Assembly: GCA_001179505.1 (NCBI GenBank) | Contig: CDMY01000055.1 | Span: 62,001-126,000 of the forward strand | DNA length: 64,000 nucleotides | Source: Vitrella brassicaformis CCMP3155 | Taxonomy: Eukaryota > Protista > Chromerida | Reading direction: 5' to 3' | In this document: one piece after another, positions 1 through 11,094 of the stretch | Position numbering within the stretch: the first letter of the stretch is position 1 | Layout of the letters: each line of letters starts with the position of its first letter | The notes under the pieces: generated by a model | What the model was told of the DNA's origin: nothing | The model's input: the letters and a program-made list of their open reading frames with translations, nothing else | Databases searched by the model: none | Translations under genes and position numbers: made by a program

Positions 1-62
1 GTGACTGCAGTGATTTCGTGTACATATGGTGGCACCACATGCGCGTGGGGTCTCGCCACCAG

Positions 63-466
63 GTCCGCGTGCACAAGGGATTCCGGCCACAGAAGTTCGA
101 ACACATCGGACAAGCCATCAACTTCGTCAGGTCGGTCACCACACCTGACCGACACACACACAGCGGCTGTACAGACGTGTCATTCATTTGAATGACTCTC
201 CCTCCCTCCCTCCTCTGTGTGTGTGTCTGTCATCGGTGGATGTATGCAGGACGACTCGCACCAACAAGTTGTGGCCGGTGAATGTGTGTCGGCCCATCGA
301 CAGGGAGGAGTGGGGCACACGGCCGGGCGACTACATTTTGCAGGTCGAGAAGGGCGACATCAAGCCGACGGAGGAGGAGATACAGAAGCTGGAGAAGTTC
401 TTTGGCGTGCCACTCAGGCGGAAGAAGAAAAAGAGGGAGCCTGGCAAGTGGCTCAGACCTATATGA
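63..466 (+). CDS. 3' part of an MBF1-like Cro/C1 helix-turn-helix protein (exons 63-130 and 250-466; 5' end not identified, probably upstream of window)
   Basis: GT-AG intron 131-249 joins in frame to give VRVHKGFRPQKFEHIGQAINFVRTTRTNK...YILQVEKGDIKPTEEEIQKLEKFFGVPLRRKKKK. The C-terminal segment matches the MBF1/HTH_3 pattern (E.G...P....I.KLE..LGV.LR). Confidence 0.55.
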
Positions 467-1039
467 CAGACATGCATGAGATACGCGTGATGCACCTACT
501 GATTGGTGTGTTTTGGGTTTCTTGTACAGTAGTCAGTCAGTCAGTCAGTCGTGGCCATGCGGGGAGACTCTGGGTGTGTGGGGGTACGTGTCTTCTCGGC
601 TTTCGGCTGTGTGTGCCGTGCGGATGTCTGCCGCGTGGTGTGAGTGGATGATGGACACACTACTTGTAAGGGACACATCACATTGATCTCAGTGTGTCAT
701 TTCAGTTCAGACACATGCAGCCAGTGATCCGATCGATGAGCCAGCCTGCCTGCCTGCCTGCCTGCATGTCTCTATACGGGTCGACAAATATAAAATGTAG
801 ACACCGATATGAATATGTGTCAATCAGCCAGAGACAGACAGATATCATCAGAGCACCCCGCAAAACACGCACAGTTCTTCTCGCTTCAGACACAAACAGA
901 CACCACAGCCGCAGCCAGCCACCCACCGGCCCTTTCCCGCCCTCCCCCTCCCCCCTCCCCCCTCCCACACACAGACAAACAGACAGGCAGCCACCCCTCC
1001 TCTCCCCCCTGCCCCTCCCCCTCCTACAGACAGACCGAC

Positions 1040-2960
1040 TCAGGGGCTGGCCGCCTGATAGTTCACAGCGAAAGCACGTCTGTGTGAGAGGCACTATACG
1101 TGTCCTGCCTCACCATGTTGTTGTTGTTGTTGTTGATGTTGTTGAAAATGTCCCTGAACACCGCCAGTTTGGCATCTGCCAACATCCCTTGAGTCTCCTC
1201 GTCGGGGTTGACGGCATGGTTTCTGCTGCCTTGTTGCTGAGGGCTTTGGTGATTGACGGCTCGTGGTACCGGATCGATGCCTTGTAGGTCGAGCCGGGTT
1301 TTCAGCCGCGTTGCCTCCTCCTCCAGTACCCTCAGAGGAGCCTTGTGCGGTCAAATGGAATGCCGTGGCCGTTCGCGCTGTTGCGGCCTGAAACACACAC
1401 GCATGGAGCAAATCATCCAACGAAAAACGCCTTCTTCTCTCAAGTCTTCTTGCCCTCAGGAGCTGGCGGAGGGGATGCGGAACACAGATCGGGCTTCCCG
1501 AAAGGAGGCGTTTTGTGAGATGGGAGGCGCGCAGATCAGGCTCTAACGAGATGTCATCCGGATGAGCTCTGAACGACAGGAGAGAAAGGATCAATCCGAG
1601 ACAGGAGCCCGGCTTCTTGTTCGTTCCTCACCCGCCCCGAGACGGCTTGGTGGGCGTCTTAATCTCTCCCGGCTCAGTGACAACACGATACTGATCTTTC
1701 TACATCTCACACGAGGCACGCAACACGAACAACAACAGATCACAGCATGCGGAAAAGCCTTTTCGTCTTACTTATTCGAGGTATCCACTTTTGTTGAGCT
1801 TGATTTGTCTCCGTCCCGTGTTTCGGCAAACCAAGAGTGTTCCAAAGCCTCTCCCGCCGACCTGCCGCGACTATATGACAATCCGCTTGTACCCATCATA
1901 CTCTTCTTTGCTGCTGAAGGCGCTAGCATCGTAATCATCATTGTTGTCATACTCGTCTGCCGCGCCTTTGAAGGGCTCGTGCTTGGCGGTCTCTTTTGGG
2001 GGTCCTTCGCCAATAGAACTTTCTCCTTGTCCGATTTTCAAACGCAAAACCCTGCATGAGACAGCCACAGGTAGCCAGCACATGAGTTGTTAGCTCGTTT
2101 AATGACTACCCATGTATTAATTCCCACATTCTTTATCACGTTGATGCCCTGCGGCGCACATTCAAATCGAATGGGGCGTCACACTCGATAAGCATGTACG
2201 TGCAGACACAAATATGCACAACACACAACACAGACAAGTGAATAATACAGCACACAGCACACATGGCTGGAATTCCTATATCTTCCGCGTACAGCGCAAT
2301 TCCACACGCCCACATATCGGATACCTTAAAGAATCGCGATTTGAAGCATTCAGGTGCCTGGTTGCACACACCAGAAAGCCATTTCAGCTCTCATTGTTGC
2401 GTAGGCCTTCATTTACCATGTAATCACGATTTCCCAGTCGCCCCGAGTCGCCCTAGTTTCCTTTTTTGACTGACGGGCAAGCTGAGCTCAAAATCGATCA
2501 AGACCCGCGTTTTCATGTCACTCACCTCGTTGGTATGGATGGTCAGGGTAGATGGGCGGCATGTTTGGGCGCCCCCTTCGGCAACTGCTTGACGGCCCTG
2601 TGCGTCACCAAAGGACGGGCAGAAGCATGTGTGTGTGTGTGTCCATGTCGCCCCTCGCTCTGTGTGTGTGTGTGTGTGTGTCCTTCCACCCGCTCCGGTT
2701 GCCAAATAGGAAATGGTCGTCGTGGCTGTATATGATCAGGTCTGGTCGGGCGTCCTTGGCGGGCGGGGCGTCCTTGGCGGGCTCCTCGGGTGCGGCGTCC
2801 TTCGGGGGATGCCAGTGCGGGAAGTCAGCACATGGCTCGCTATCTGGGAACAACTCACTGATGTCTTTGACCGTCCTGGGACGGTCTCTGAACAGGATAT
2901 AGGTGCGCCTCTCACTCTGAGGGGAGAAACAGACGCGGAAAAAAAAGACATTAAATATGG
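1040..2960 (-). pseudogene. Degenerate Ser/Thr protein kinase-like gene relic
   Basis: Kinase motifs are in order on the minus strand: AVK, IDFELS (subdomain VII), GNRDYM|APE (VIII, across intron 2416-2358), SDMWACGIALY (IX) and LAKDPQKRP (XI). They are split by a 10-bp duplication frameshift and stops; no HRD loop was found. Confidence 0.55.
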
Positions 2961-3169
2961 TGCGGCTTACATATGGTGCGCATACCCGGTGCGCAGGAGA
3001 GAGAGAGAGAAGGGTGCAGCAGGCGCAGAGGATGCGGCTGCAGGGATGGCGACGAAGGGATATGGCAATTTGTGAAATAGCTATATATAGCACGAAAAAG
3101 GCGGCCGTCTCACATTTTCTCGCCAAATTCGCGTTTTTTGTCTTTCTCGTCCGTCGAGAAAGCTATCTC

Positions 3170-4048
3170 CACCCGACCCACGGCCCTGAGGAAGAGAGGA
3201 AGAAGAGGAAAAGGCGACAGGACAGGCGAGCTACGGCGTTCAAAAAAAATGAAGAATGTATAGTATGCATGCCGAGATGCATGCATGCAGGACATCGGGG
3301 GCCGTGGGCGTCTCACGTCACTTGCTTTCCGGATCCGTGCATTCCTATCCGTTTCATCATGACAATGACAATTTTCCAATCCTTCGCAGCTCTTTTGCTC
3401 TTCGCTGTGTGCCAATGCAAAGGCCACATACATCTCGGTGAGCTGGATGAATGATGCAGGGCTGCACGGAACAACATGCATGGCTTGAATCCCTCGTCAA
3501 CGTTTTGTGCCTTAAAAAGGCAAACTAGAGAGAGGCGGCGCTGGGGGTGGCGGCACATGCATAGACCAGGATGAAGCGCTGGAGACATACCAGATCTACA
3601 GGCGATGCACAGGGACACAAGGCGAGGGGGAAAACGAAATCACTCGGACCTGCATTGTTGTCCATCCTGCATCATGGTCATGATGTTGGCAGACACAGGG
3701 AGATCTTGCGGCGAAGTGAACGTCGAGGCCGGCGAGACAGTCCAATGCCAGTGCGGCTACAACAAGGATGCCCGTTTTGGCTGTCAGGTAGGCAGGAGGA
3801 GCAAAAACAGCCACAACTGGGCCTCCTACGTGGCTTTCTTCTTCCTGCGTGAGCAGAGGATTCCGGACCTGAGCGAGAAGCCGTCGCAAACGGTTGAGAC
3901 GCCGGCAGCGACGCAAGACAACGAGGCCCAGGAGAAAGTGCCCGCCGGCCCTGTCGAGGCAGAGGCAGAGGAGCGCGAGCACCCACGACGCCCGGCCAAG
4001 CCAAAAAGGAGAAGCCCCACTACCTCCAACCCACCAAGTCGTCGTTAG
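3170..4048 (+). CDS. Putative multi-exon Cys-rich protein of unknown function
   Basis: Coding-like segments (EEERKKRKRRQDRR..EEC, CQCKGHIH, CGEVNVEAGETVQCQCGYNKDARFGCQ) and an acidic/basic tail ending at 4048. Exon joins are not resolved. Confidence 0.3.
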
Positions 4049-4104
4049 CGAAGGTGCAACAGGCCAAGAACAAGGGCCGGCGGGCTGAGGGGGAGTGGGG
4101 ACCC

Positions 4105-4720
4105 CTACTTCTCGAAGTATGGGTCGCTGTCCCAGTGATTCATCGTTGCCTTCGAGGTGGCAACATGCACACATGCGTGCCACGTGGAGACACGATGCAC
4201 ATGAGAACGAAACAAGGCTGGAAAGCGCACTTTGCCTGAGATGATAGATAAAAGCCTAATGCGTGCTAGTTTAATCCGAATGAATGACTGCCTTGTTCGT
4301 GAGGGCGCTAGATGAGTGCTTTGTCTCGGACCGGTCTTCCCCTCAACACACATCCCACACACATGCCGCACATCGACGGACCGACACGGCAGGGAGGGAG
4401 GGAAAGTGCTCGCGAACTCGCAATGCACGGCAAACTTACTTTTCGACGGCTCTGAGAATGTGAGCCTTGGTCACTTGGATGCCTCCGCCCGTCACGAGCG
4501 CCTGGACGCACATCCAGGCGCCCGGGGTTCGCGAGTCGATAGCATAGTCCAGCGCCAGGTTGCCGTGATGATCCTGACGCAGACCAGAGACAACCATGTG
4601 CGGCCGGCCAGCCAACTTGTTCCGTCCATCCATGTGTATGTGTGCGTACCCGTATGGCGGGGTCGAAGTGCTCGATGAGGAACTGCACGATGTCGATGTT
4701 TTGTTGCGTTTCTGCTTTGG
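4105..4720 (-). CDS. Ankyrin-repeat-like exons (partial, possibly degenerate)
   Basis: NIDIVQFLIEHFDPAIR followed by a GTACGC donor, and QDHHGNLALDYAIDSRTPGAWMCVQALV, resemble ankyrin helix-turn-helix units. Confidence 0.35.
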
Positions 4721-5630
4721 GCTATGAGGAGACTCTGACTTGACAGATGTGAAAGTTCTCTGTGCATCATGCGTATACGCAGCTAGCTGGCCACTTAGAA
4801 ATTCAGACGTCCCTCTCGTTCACATCACTCCAGACAACCTGCACTGCATGCACTCATACCACACGTGTCCCCCTGACCGACCCTCCACTCTCTCTCTCTC
4901 TCTGCCCTTCACCTACCTGACTTACCATGCCGGTGAGCGAGCGAGTGGAGCCAATGACGATGGATGGATGGATGGATGGGGGATAGACACACACATCAGA
5001 TCAGCGTGCATGCCGTCTGGTCTTTCTTCATAGCTATCATAGCTGTGCCTCTCTCTCAGCTGATCTCGTCTTACCCGCCACTTACCAATTCCAAGGGGAA
5101 GGAAAAAGACAGACAGACTCCGCCGCACCTGCCTGAAAAACCGCCTCTGGTGTGTTGAACACACAGAGGGATTGTGGGTGCGCAGGTCGGCGAGCCATCA
5201 CAGTACACTCACACGCCCACACGCTCATTGTATTGGTTCGCCGTCCAGAAGTGTCAAATCCTCCCTCCCTCTTGATCCATCCCGTGTGTGTCCCCTCTCC
5301 TCTGTTCACGGCCAAATGGCCTCCCCAAGGAAATGCCTTCCGAGACACGTAGGATGTCTCGCCAAGCGTCATGTCGTGGACGCCACACGCACACACATAC
5401 ACACACAGACATAGACAGACGTACACTCATTCCCCAGTCACATGGACCTTCAAAAGATGCAGGCATGGAAACGGCGAGTCACAGTCATCATGCAGTCAAT
5501 GTCAACCAGGGAGGTGAGTACCAATTAATCACGCACATGAATGCATGGATCCATGCACCAACCAAACCACAGCCCACGGCAAACAGGTGTAGGTGTATCC
5601 GTGGGCCACCAGGATCGGTGCACCCGTCGG

Positions 5631-7396
5631 TCAGTCATCCTCGCGACGCCTCTTGTCCCTGCGTGTCGATGAGAGAACAACAGGCGGGCAATATGAAGAA
5701 GCTGAAGGATAAGGTGTTTGTGTGCTCTCCATGTCACTACCTGTCGCTGCGGTAGTAGTCGCGGTCATCATCCCTGCACCCATACATTCACACACACCAA
5801 CACAACACAACACACCACAACACCCCACCATAGCCAAGAATTCTCTACAGAGATCCCCAACGCTTTGTCTGTCTGTCTGTGTCGGTGTGTGAATACATGG
5901 ACATCTTGGCAATTGATTGCCCACCTGTCTCTCTTTCTGTCCCGCCTGTCGTCGCGTCTGTCATGCGACCGCGACCTGAACACACAGACGCAAGCAGAAG
6001 AGCAGACGGACAGAGAGCATCGACAACCAACACAGTAGAGAGCAGGGCCCGGGCCCTCTGCCATCCCTCCCCAGGTCGTCTCACGGCTCACTCACCTCTC
6101 TCTGTCCCTGTGGCTGTCCCTGTGGCTGTCGTATTTGTTGCGGTCGTCCTTGCCCGAGTAACGGTCAGAACGGTGCCCATAGCTGTCGCGCTGATCCCTT
6201 TCGCCACCTGCTGGCAGGAGGGAACGAAGCATATGCACGGTGAGTCGCATCAGTGCACACGTATGTGAGTATGTTCTGTGCTTGCCATTTCTCTCGCGAT
6301 CGCGCGGCGCCCTCTCGTAGTTGCGATCCCTGAAGCACACATGACATGAGTGAGGGACGAGCGTGCGTGTGGTGAGTGGGCGTGTCTGTCTGTCTGTCTG
6401 TCTTACTTTCCGCGGTCGCGGTCTGCATAGCCGCTCCCTCCGCCACGATATGAGTGGCCTCCACCACGATATGAGTCACCTCCGCCGCCACGATAGGACC
6501 TCTCGCCATCGCTACACACACGCACATACAAAGGCACATGCATGTCCACAGAGACAAGAGATCTATGTAACGCCATGCCACCCACCCATCTCCCTCGCTG
6601 CATCCCCTTCTCACCGTTGCTGTGTGCCTCCCCTGGTGTCCTGTCGCCTGTCTCCCCCCCTCCCCCCGGCCACCACAGGCGTCTTGGGTTTGGGCGGCAC
6701 ACTGCCCCTCGGCGGGCCTCTCCCCCCACCCAGCCGCCTGGGCAGCCATCCCTCCACGGTCCTGCCCCTCTCGACGTCCACACACACCCTCCGCCCGTCG
6801 ATCTTGGTGCCGTCGGCGTGCTTGTATGCGTTCTTCATGTCACGCTCGCTCTCGAACTCGATGAAGCAGTAGCCCCTGAACTTGCCGTCGAGGTCCTTGA
6901 CCATGCGCACCTTCTTGATGGGGCCGAACTTCTCGAACTCCTTGCGGATGGTCTTGCTGTCGGCTCCGTAGCTGATGCGCGAGACGAAGAGGGTGCGGAA
7001 GGGGTCGCCTGCGGCGCTGTCGTCTCCGTTGGGGTCGTACTCCTCGATGAGCTGCTTGAGCTCCTCGGCGTGCTGGGCCGCCTTCTCCTTCTTGCGACGC
7101 GCCTGACGTTGCTTGGGCGTCTCAACTGATGGACGACACACAACACACGACACAAACACACAGAGAGAGATGCAATCAGCCAACCACCAACGCCATCTGA
7201 GTGCGTGTGCGTGTGCATGTGGTGACTCACAAGGTGGTCGTGCGGGAGGTTCGTCGTTGTCGGTGAACTTTTCGACGAACTCTGCTGCGCCGCTGATGGG
7301 CGGCATCTTGCGCTTCTGGACAGGCTTGAGGTGCTCCAGCGGCGGGCGGGCGGCGAAGAGCGCCAGCATGTGCGGAGGCATCCCTACTGCCGACAT
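5631..7396 (-). CDS. SNRNP70: U1 small nuclear ribonucleoprotein 70 kDa (multi-exon)
   Basis: N-terminus MPPHMLALFAARPPLEHL; GDPFRTLFVSRISY RRM with RGYCFIEFE; YKHADGTKIDGRRVCVDVERGRTVEGWLPRRLGGGRG signature; downstream R/D/S-rich exons ending DKRRREDD*. Confidence 0.95.
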
Positions 7397-7690
7397 ACTG
7401 ACTGGTCACAACTGATGGGAGGGAGGGATGCACTCGGTCAAGTCAGGCAGGAGGGCAGGCGAGAGCTCGGATGCAACTCGCTTACACAAACAAGCGGGAG
7501 ATCGACGATGCCGCTCGACGGCCCACCACGAGCGTAAGCATCTCTTCTCTGCTCCTTTGCTTTGCCTCTCCCATTGCTTCAAGCTCGCAAAAAAGCTCGC
7601 ACCGCGCAGCGGAGAGAGAGGGGAGGAAACAAGTTGGAGTTGAGTGCAAGTTGAGTGCGGCAAGCAACGCCCAGTGAGCATCCATCCATC

Positions 7691-9056
7691 ATGGCGCTGG
7701 TGGGTGCGTTCGGCGTCGGGGTGCTTGCGGGGACCTTGTACGATTCGTGGCGAGGGAAGCGGTCCAACGTCGTCCTCGGGCCCATCTTCCGACCGCAGCC
7801 CTCGTCCGAGGCCGCCAGCCAGGAGGCCACAGTCCCCTCGTGGCGGGAGCTGTCGGTGCTGGTGCGCGACAACCCCCGCGAGGCTGCCAGCCGTGTGTCG
7901 AGGGCACTGGGGCTGCCCGTGACGCAGTTCCTGGCAGCAGTGAGAACGGAGCTCGATGTGATAGCGCCGGGACTCGCCAATGTGGCCGCAGCCACCTCAC
8001 TCGGTGAGCTGAGCTGTGACCTTACACACATCAGTACAAGTGTGCCCTGTCTGTCTGTCTGTCTATATGTCAGGCGGGTTGGCCTTTTTCACGATGGAGC
8101 GTTCGACCCAGCTGTGTAGCTATGCGCTGGGCATCGGGTCGCACATGACGGGCACCGGCTTCTTCATGGGCTGCGGCGGCCTACTGGCGTCAGGCGCCAC
8201 AGCCGGGTACCTGGTGCGTGAGGGCAAGTACTCGCCCGAGCCGGCCATCGCCATGGTGCAGGCCACCATGGACGGCGTGGGGGCATCCATGGTGTATTAC
8301 CTCATGGGGGGGTCGTGGCGCACCCTGCTCCCCAACTCGCTGCTCTTCGCCGGCTGCTTCGCCCCTCGGTCATTCCGGTACCCCCGCAAGGGCCGCCACG
8401 TGAGCCCCTCACACACGAGCGGCCATCGGTCGGTGGCCCCCGCCATCCAGTCGCTGGGCAGTGTGTGGGGATGTCACTCGTGCGGCACGTATACTGGTCC
8501 CTTTGTGGCGGACCACTGCCCGCCCACGGCCCTGGTGGAGCGTGCCAGGGACCGGCTGTGGACGCGGTACATGATCGGCGTGCCGAGCCAGCAGCTGCTG
8601 CCGCAGTGTTCCAGGTGCAGCGCGCGGCAGGGCGAGGTCGTCAAGGACATGATGAGCCAGCCAAACATGCCCCTCATGCAGTGGGTGCAGAGCCCACCCA
8701 GAAGGGCCCTCATGACTCACTACTTCTCCGTCAGGTCAGAGACACACAGCCAGCCAGCCAGCCAGCCAGCAAGGCAGCCAATACCACACGGATTCATTCA
8801 TTTCCCTCTCCACTTGCCGACACCTACCTATATGTTCAGGCGTCACGACTTGGCCGGTTTCGCCTGGGCTGTGGCGGCCTACACCCACCACCACGCCACG
8901 CGCAACCTGCCCACCCAGGGCGACATGGACACTCTGCAGAGCCGCAGGCCGACCAGGTCAGGGGAGGGCGACCGGGACATGCTCCTGATGGACCGGCTGG
9001 CGGAGAGGCTCAAGGTCGTGCCGTTCGTGCCGCAGTCATGGGGGCTGCAGCAGTAG
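7691..9056 (+). CDS. 396-aa membrane-associated protein with His-Me finger (HNH-like) zinc nuclease motif; exons 7691-8003, 8074-8734, 8840-9056
   Basis: GT-AG introns give a continuous 1191-nt ORF. Hydrophobic N-terminal and central segments, plus motif GCHSCGT..FVADHCPP...LLPQCSRCSARQG. Function is inferred. Confidence 0.7.
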
Positions 9057-9515
9057 ATAGATAGATGGGGATGGGTGGGAATGTATTCTGCTGTGATGCC
9101 GCGCCCGCTTTTTGCTGCTCGTGACGCGATGGTGGCGTGTAGCTTGGTTTGCATGTCGCGACTTCGAATTTGTCAACAGAAAGACACACGAGTGCACTCG
9201 TCGAATGGTATGTGTCGTCGATACAGAGGCATGATACATTAAACCGACACACATCACGCCAGCAGAGGGTCGAGCTGTGAACACGAAGCAATGCAGCACA
9301 TCGTGACACCCGCCAGCCGTCAGTCACTCATTCATCACATCAGACCAACAGCCACCCGGCTAGTCAGGCAGTCGGGTATACACCGTCGACCAGCTATGTC
9401 GCCCCCTCCCAGAGAGATGCGCTATGATCGACCCCCCACTCCCCTCATCAGCGGCACTAATCCGCCCCGCTGCCCCGCCAACAGAGTGATGCGACACCTG
9501 CAGACATTGTTCCAC
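8952..9515. repeat. 564-bp segment duplicated at 28493-29056; both copies abut N gaps
   Basis: Appears identical by direct reading at an offset of 19541. Confidence 0.9.
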
Positions 9516-9815
9516 NNNNNNNNNNNNNNNNNNNNNNNNNNNNNNNNNNNNNNNNNNNNNNNNNNNNNNNNNNNNNNNNNNNNNNNNNNNNNNNNNNNNN
9601 NNNNNNNNNNNNNNNNNNNNNNNNNNNNNNNNNNNNNNNNNNNNNNNNNNNNNNNNNNNNNNNNNNNNNNNNNNNNNNNNNNNNNNNNNNNNNNNNNNNN
9701 NNNNNNNNNNNNNNNNNNNNNNNNNNNNNNNNNNNNNNNNNNNNNNNNNNNNNNNNNNNNNNNNNNNNNNNNNNNNNNNNNNNNNNNNNNNNNNNNNNNN
9801 NNNNNNNNNNNNNNN

Positions 9816-10270
9816 CACACAGACACACAATGGGAGAGTGTGCTGACGGCCTCATTGTGTGGGTGTTTGTGTGTGGTTGACCTGTGCTGCGGCTGTCGTG
9901 TTGAAGAGCTCCTGCACATCGGCAGCCTCGCGAGTGGCCTGATAGACACACAAACAGCCGACGGCAACACAGAGAGTGAGAGCCCACTGGACGGATGGCG
10001 TCACGTCACAGTGAGCCCTCTGACGTGTGGGTCACCTGTTGTATGTGTGAGTGAAGTGACGCGATGCGCTCCTCCAGCTGAGCCATACCCTCAGCGATGG
10101 ACTGAACCACAACAGACAGACAGACAGACAGACAGGGGTGATGTGACCATGAGTGCTCTTCTGCCTGTTAGTTGCCTCACCGATTTGCTATCAGATGCGG
10201 TCATTTCCTCTCCTCCCTGTGTGCGGGGCCGTTTGGGCGGCGCGCCGCCCTCGTCACTCATCGACATGAC
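9816..10270 (-). CDS. 5' exons of a lineage-specific family copy (truncated by gap)
   Basis: Near-identical reverse complement of ~38465-38927 (MSDEGGAPPKRPRTQGGEEMT...). Confidence 0.6.
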
Positions 10271-11094
10271 TGCAGCAAACACACACTAACACACCATCGC
10301 AGTCAGTGGATGGATGAACACCATGCAGCCATTGTCGTGCTTGCCTGTTTGTCGGTGAGGCGATTCTGTCGGTCGGTCGGTGTGCGATGTGCCCAGCAGA
10401 GAGATTATGAAGGAAGCGCGACGCCGCCGTCCAATGCCGCCGTCGGTCACAGAGAAGCCTGCGACTATACTATCAGTGATGAGCCTGCGACTATACTAAG
10501 CACATCCAGCCGTCACCCTCCTAATCATAACGGGCGGTCGATCTGCGCCTCACGCCGCGAGTGCCGAGAGAGCGGTTTCACGAAATGTCAAGCGGCTCTT
10601 TGTGTGTTGACACAAGGCATACGTGCGCGTGCGATGCCCATGGCGAGTGATTGTTTGTCGAGTTTGAACACCGATATATGTGAATGTCGAGCCTGTCTGT
10701 TTGTGGTGTGCGTGCAGTGTCGTGCATGATGTGCTGGCGTGAATGAAATCTAGCAGAGGGTACATGACGAGGACAAGAGCAACCTCCCGGAGCAGAGGAA
10801 CGAAAACCTCCCGGAGCAGAGACATTGTCAATGAGACAATGAGCAGTCCTTCTAATGAACTCAGCATGTCTCACTTAGAGTCCCACATTCCCAGGTTCTT
10901 CTCTCCTATGTGCCCATCTATTGATCCCTGCACATGGCCATGGCCTACGCTGAGCAGCTATATTCACTTCAATCCAACAATTGCGCACTGTCGCTTTGCA
11001 TGTCACACTTCACTCTGCTCGGCTCTGCGTGTCTGACTTCCCCGAGACAGCTCTCCACTCATGATCAGCATGATGCTGGCAGCCCGGCTCCTTT

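Noticed and set aside
6420-6510. Three SYRGGG-coding repeats
   Set aside because: Explained as part of the U1-70K low-complexity tail.
9189-9202. 14-bp palindrome acgagtgcactcgt near the end of the family 3' flank (Helitron-like hairpin?)
   Set aside because: Not seen at the equivalent position of other copies, and no CTRR terminus was identified.
9291-10289. Long ORFs spanning the N gaps (also 28046-28695)
   Set aside because: Artefacts of translating through Ns.
10781-10821. 17-bp repeat aacctcccggagcagag with 24-bp period
   Set aside because: Only two units and no spacers or associated genes; not CRISPR-like.
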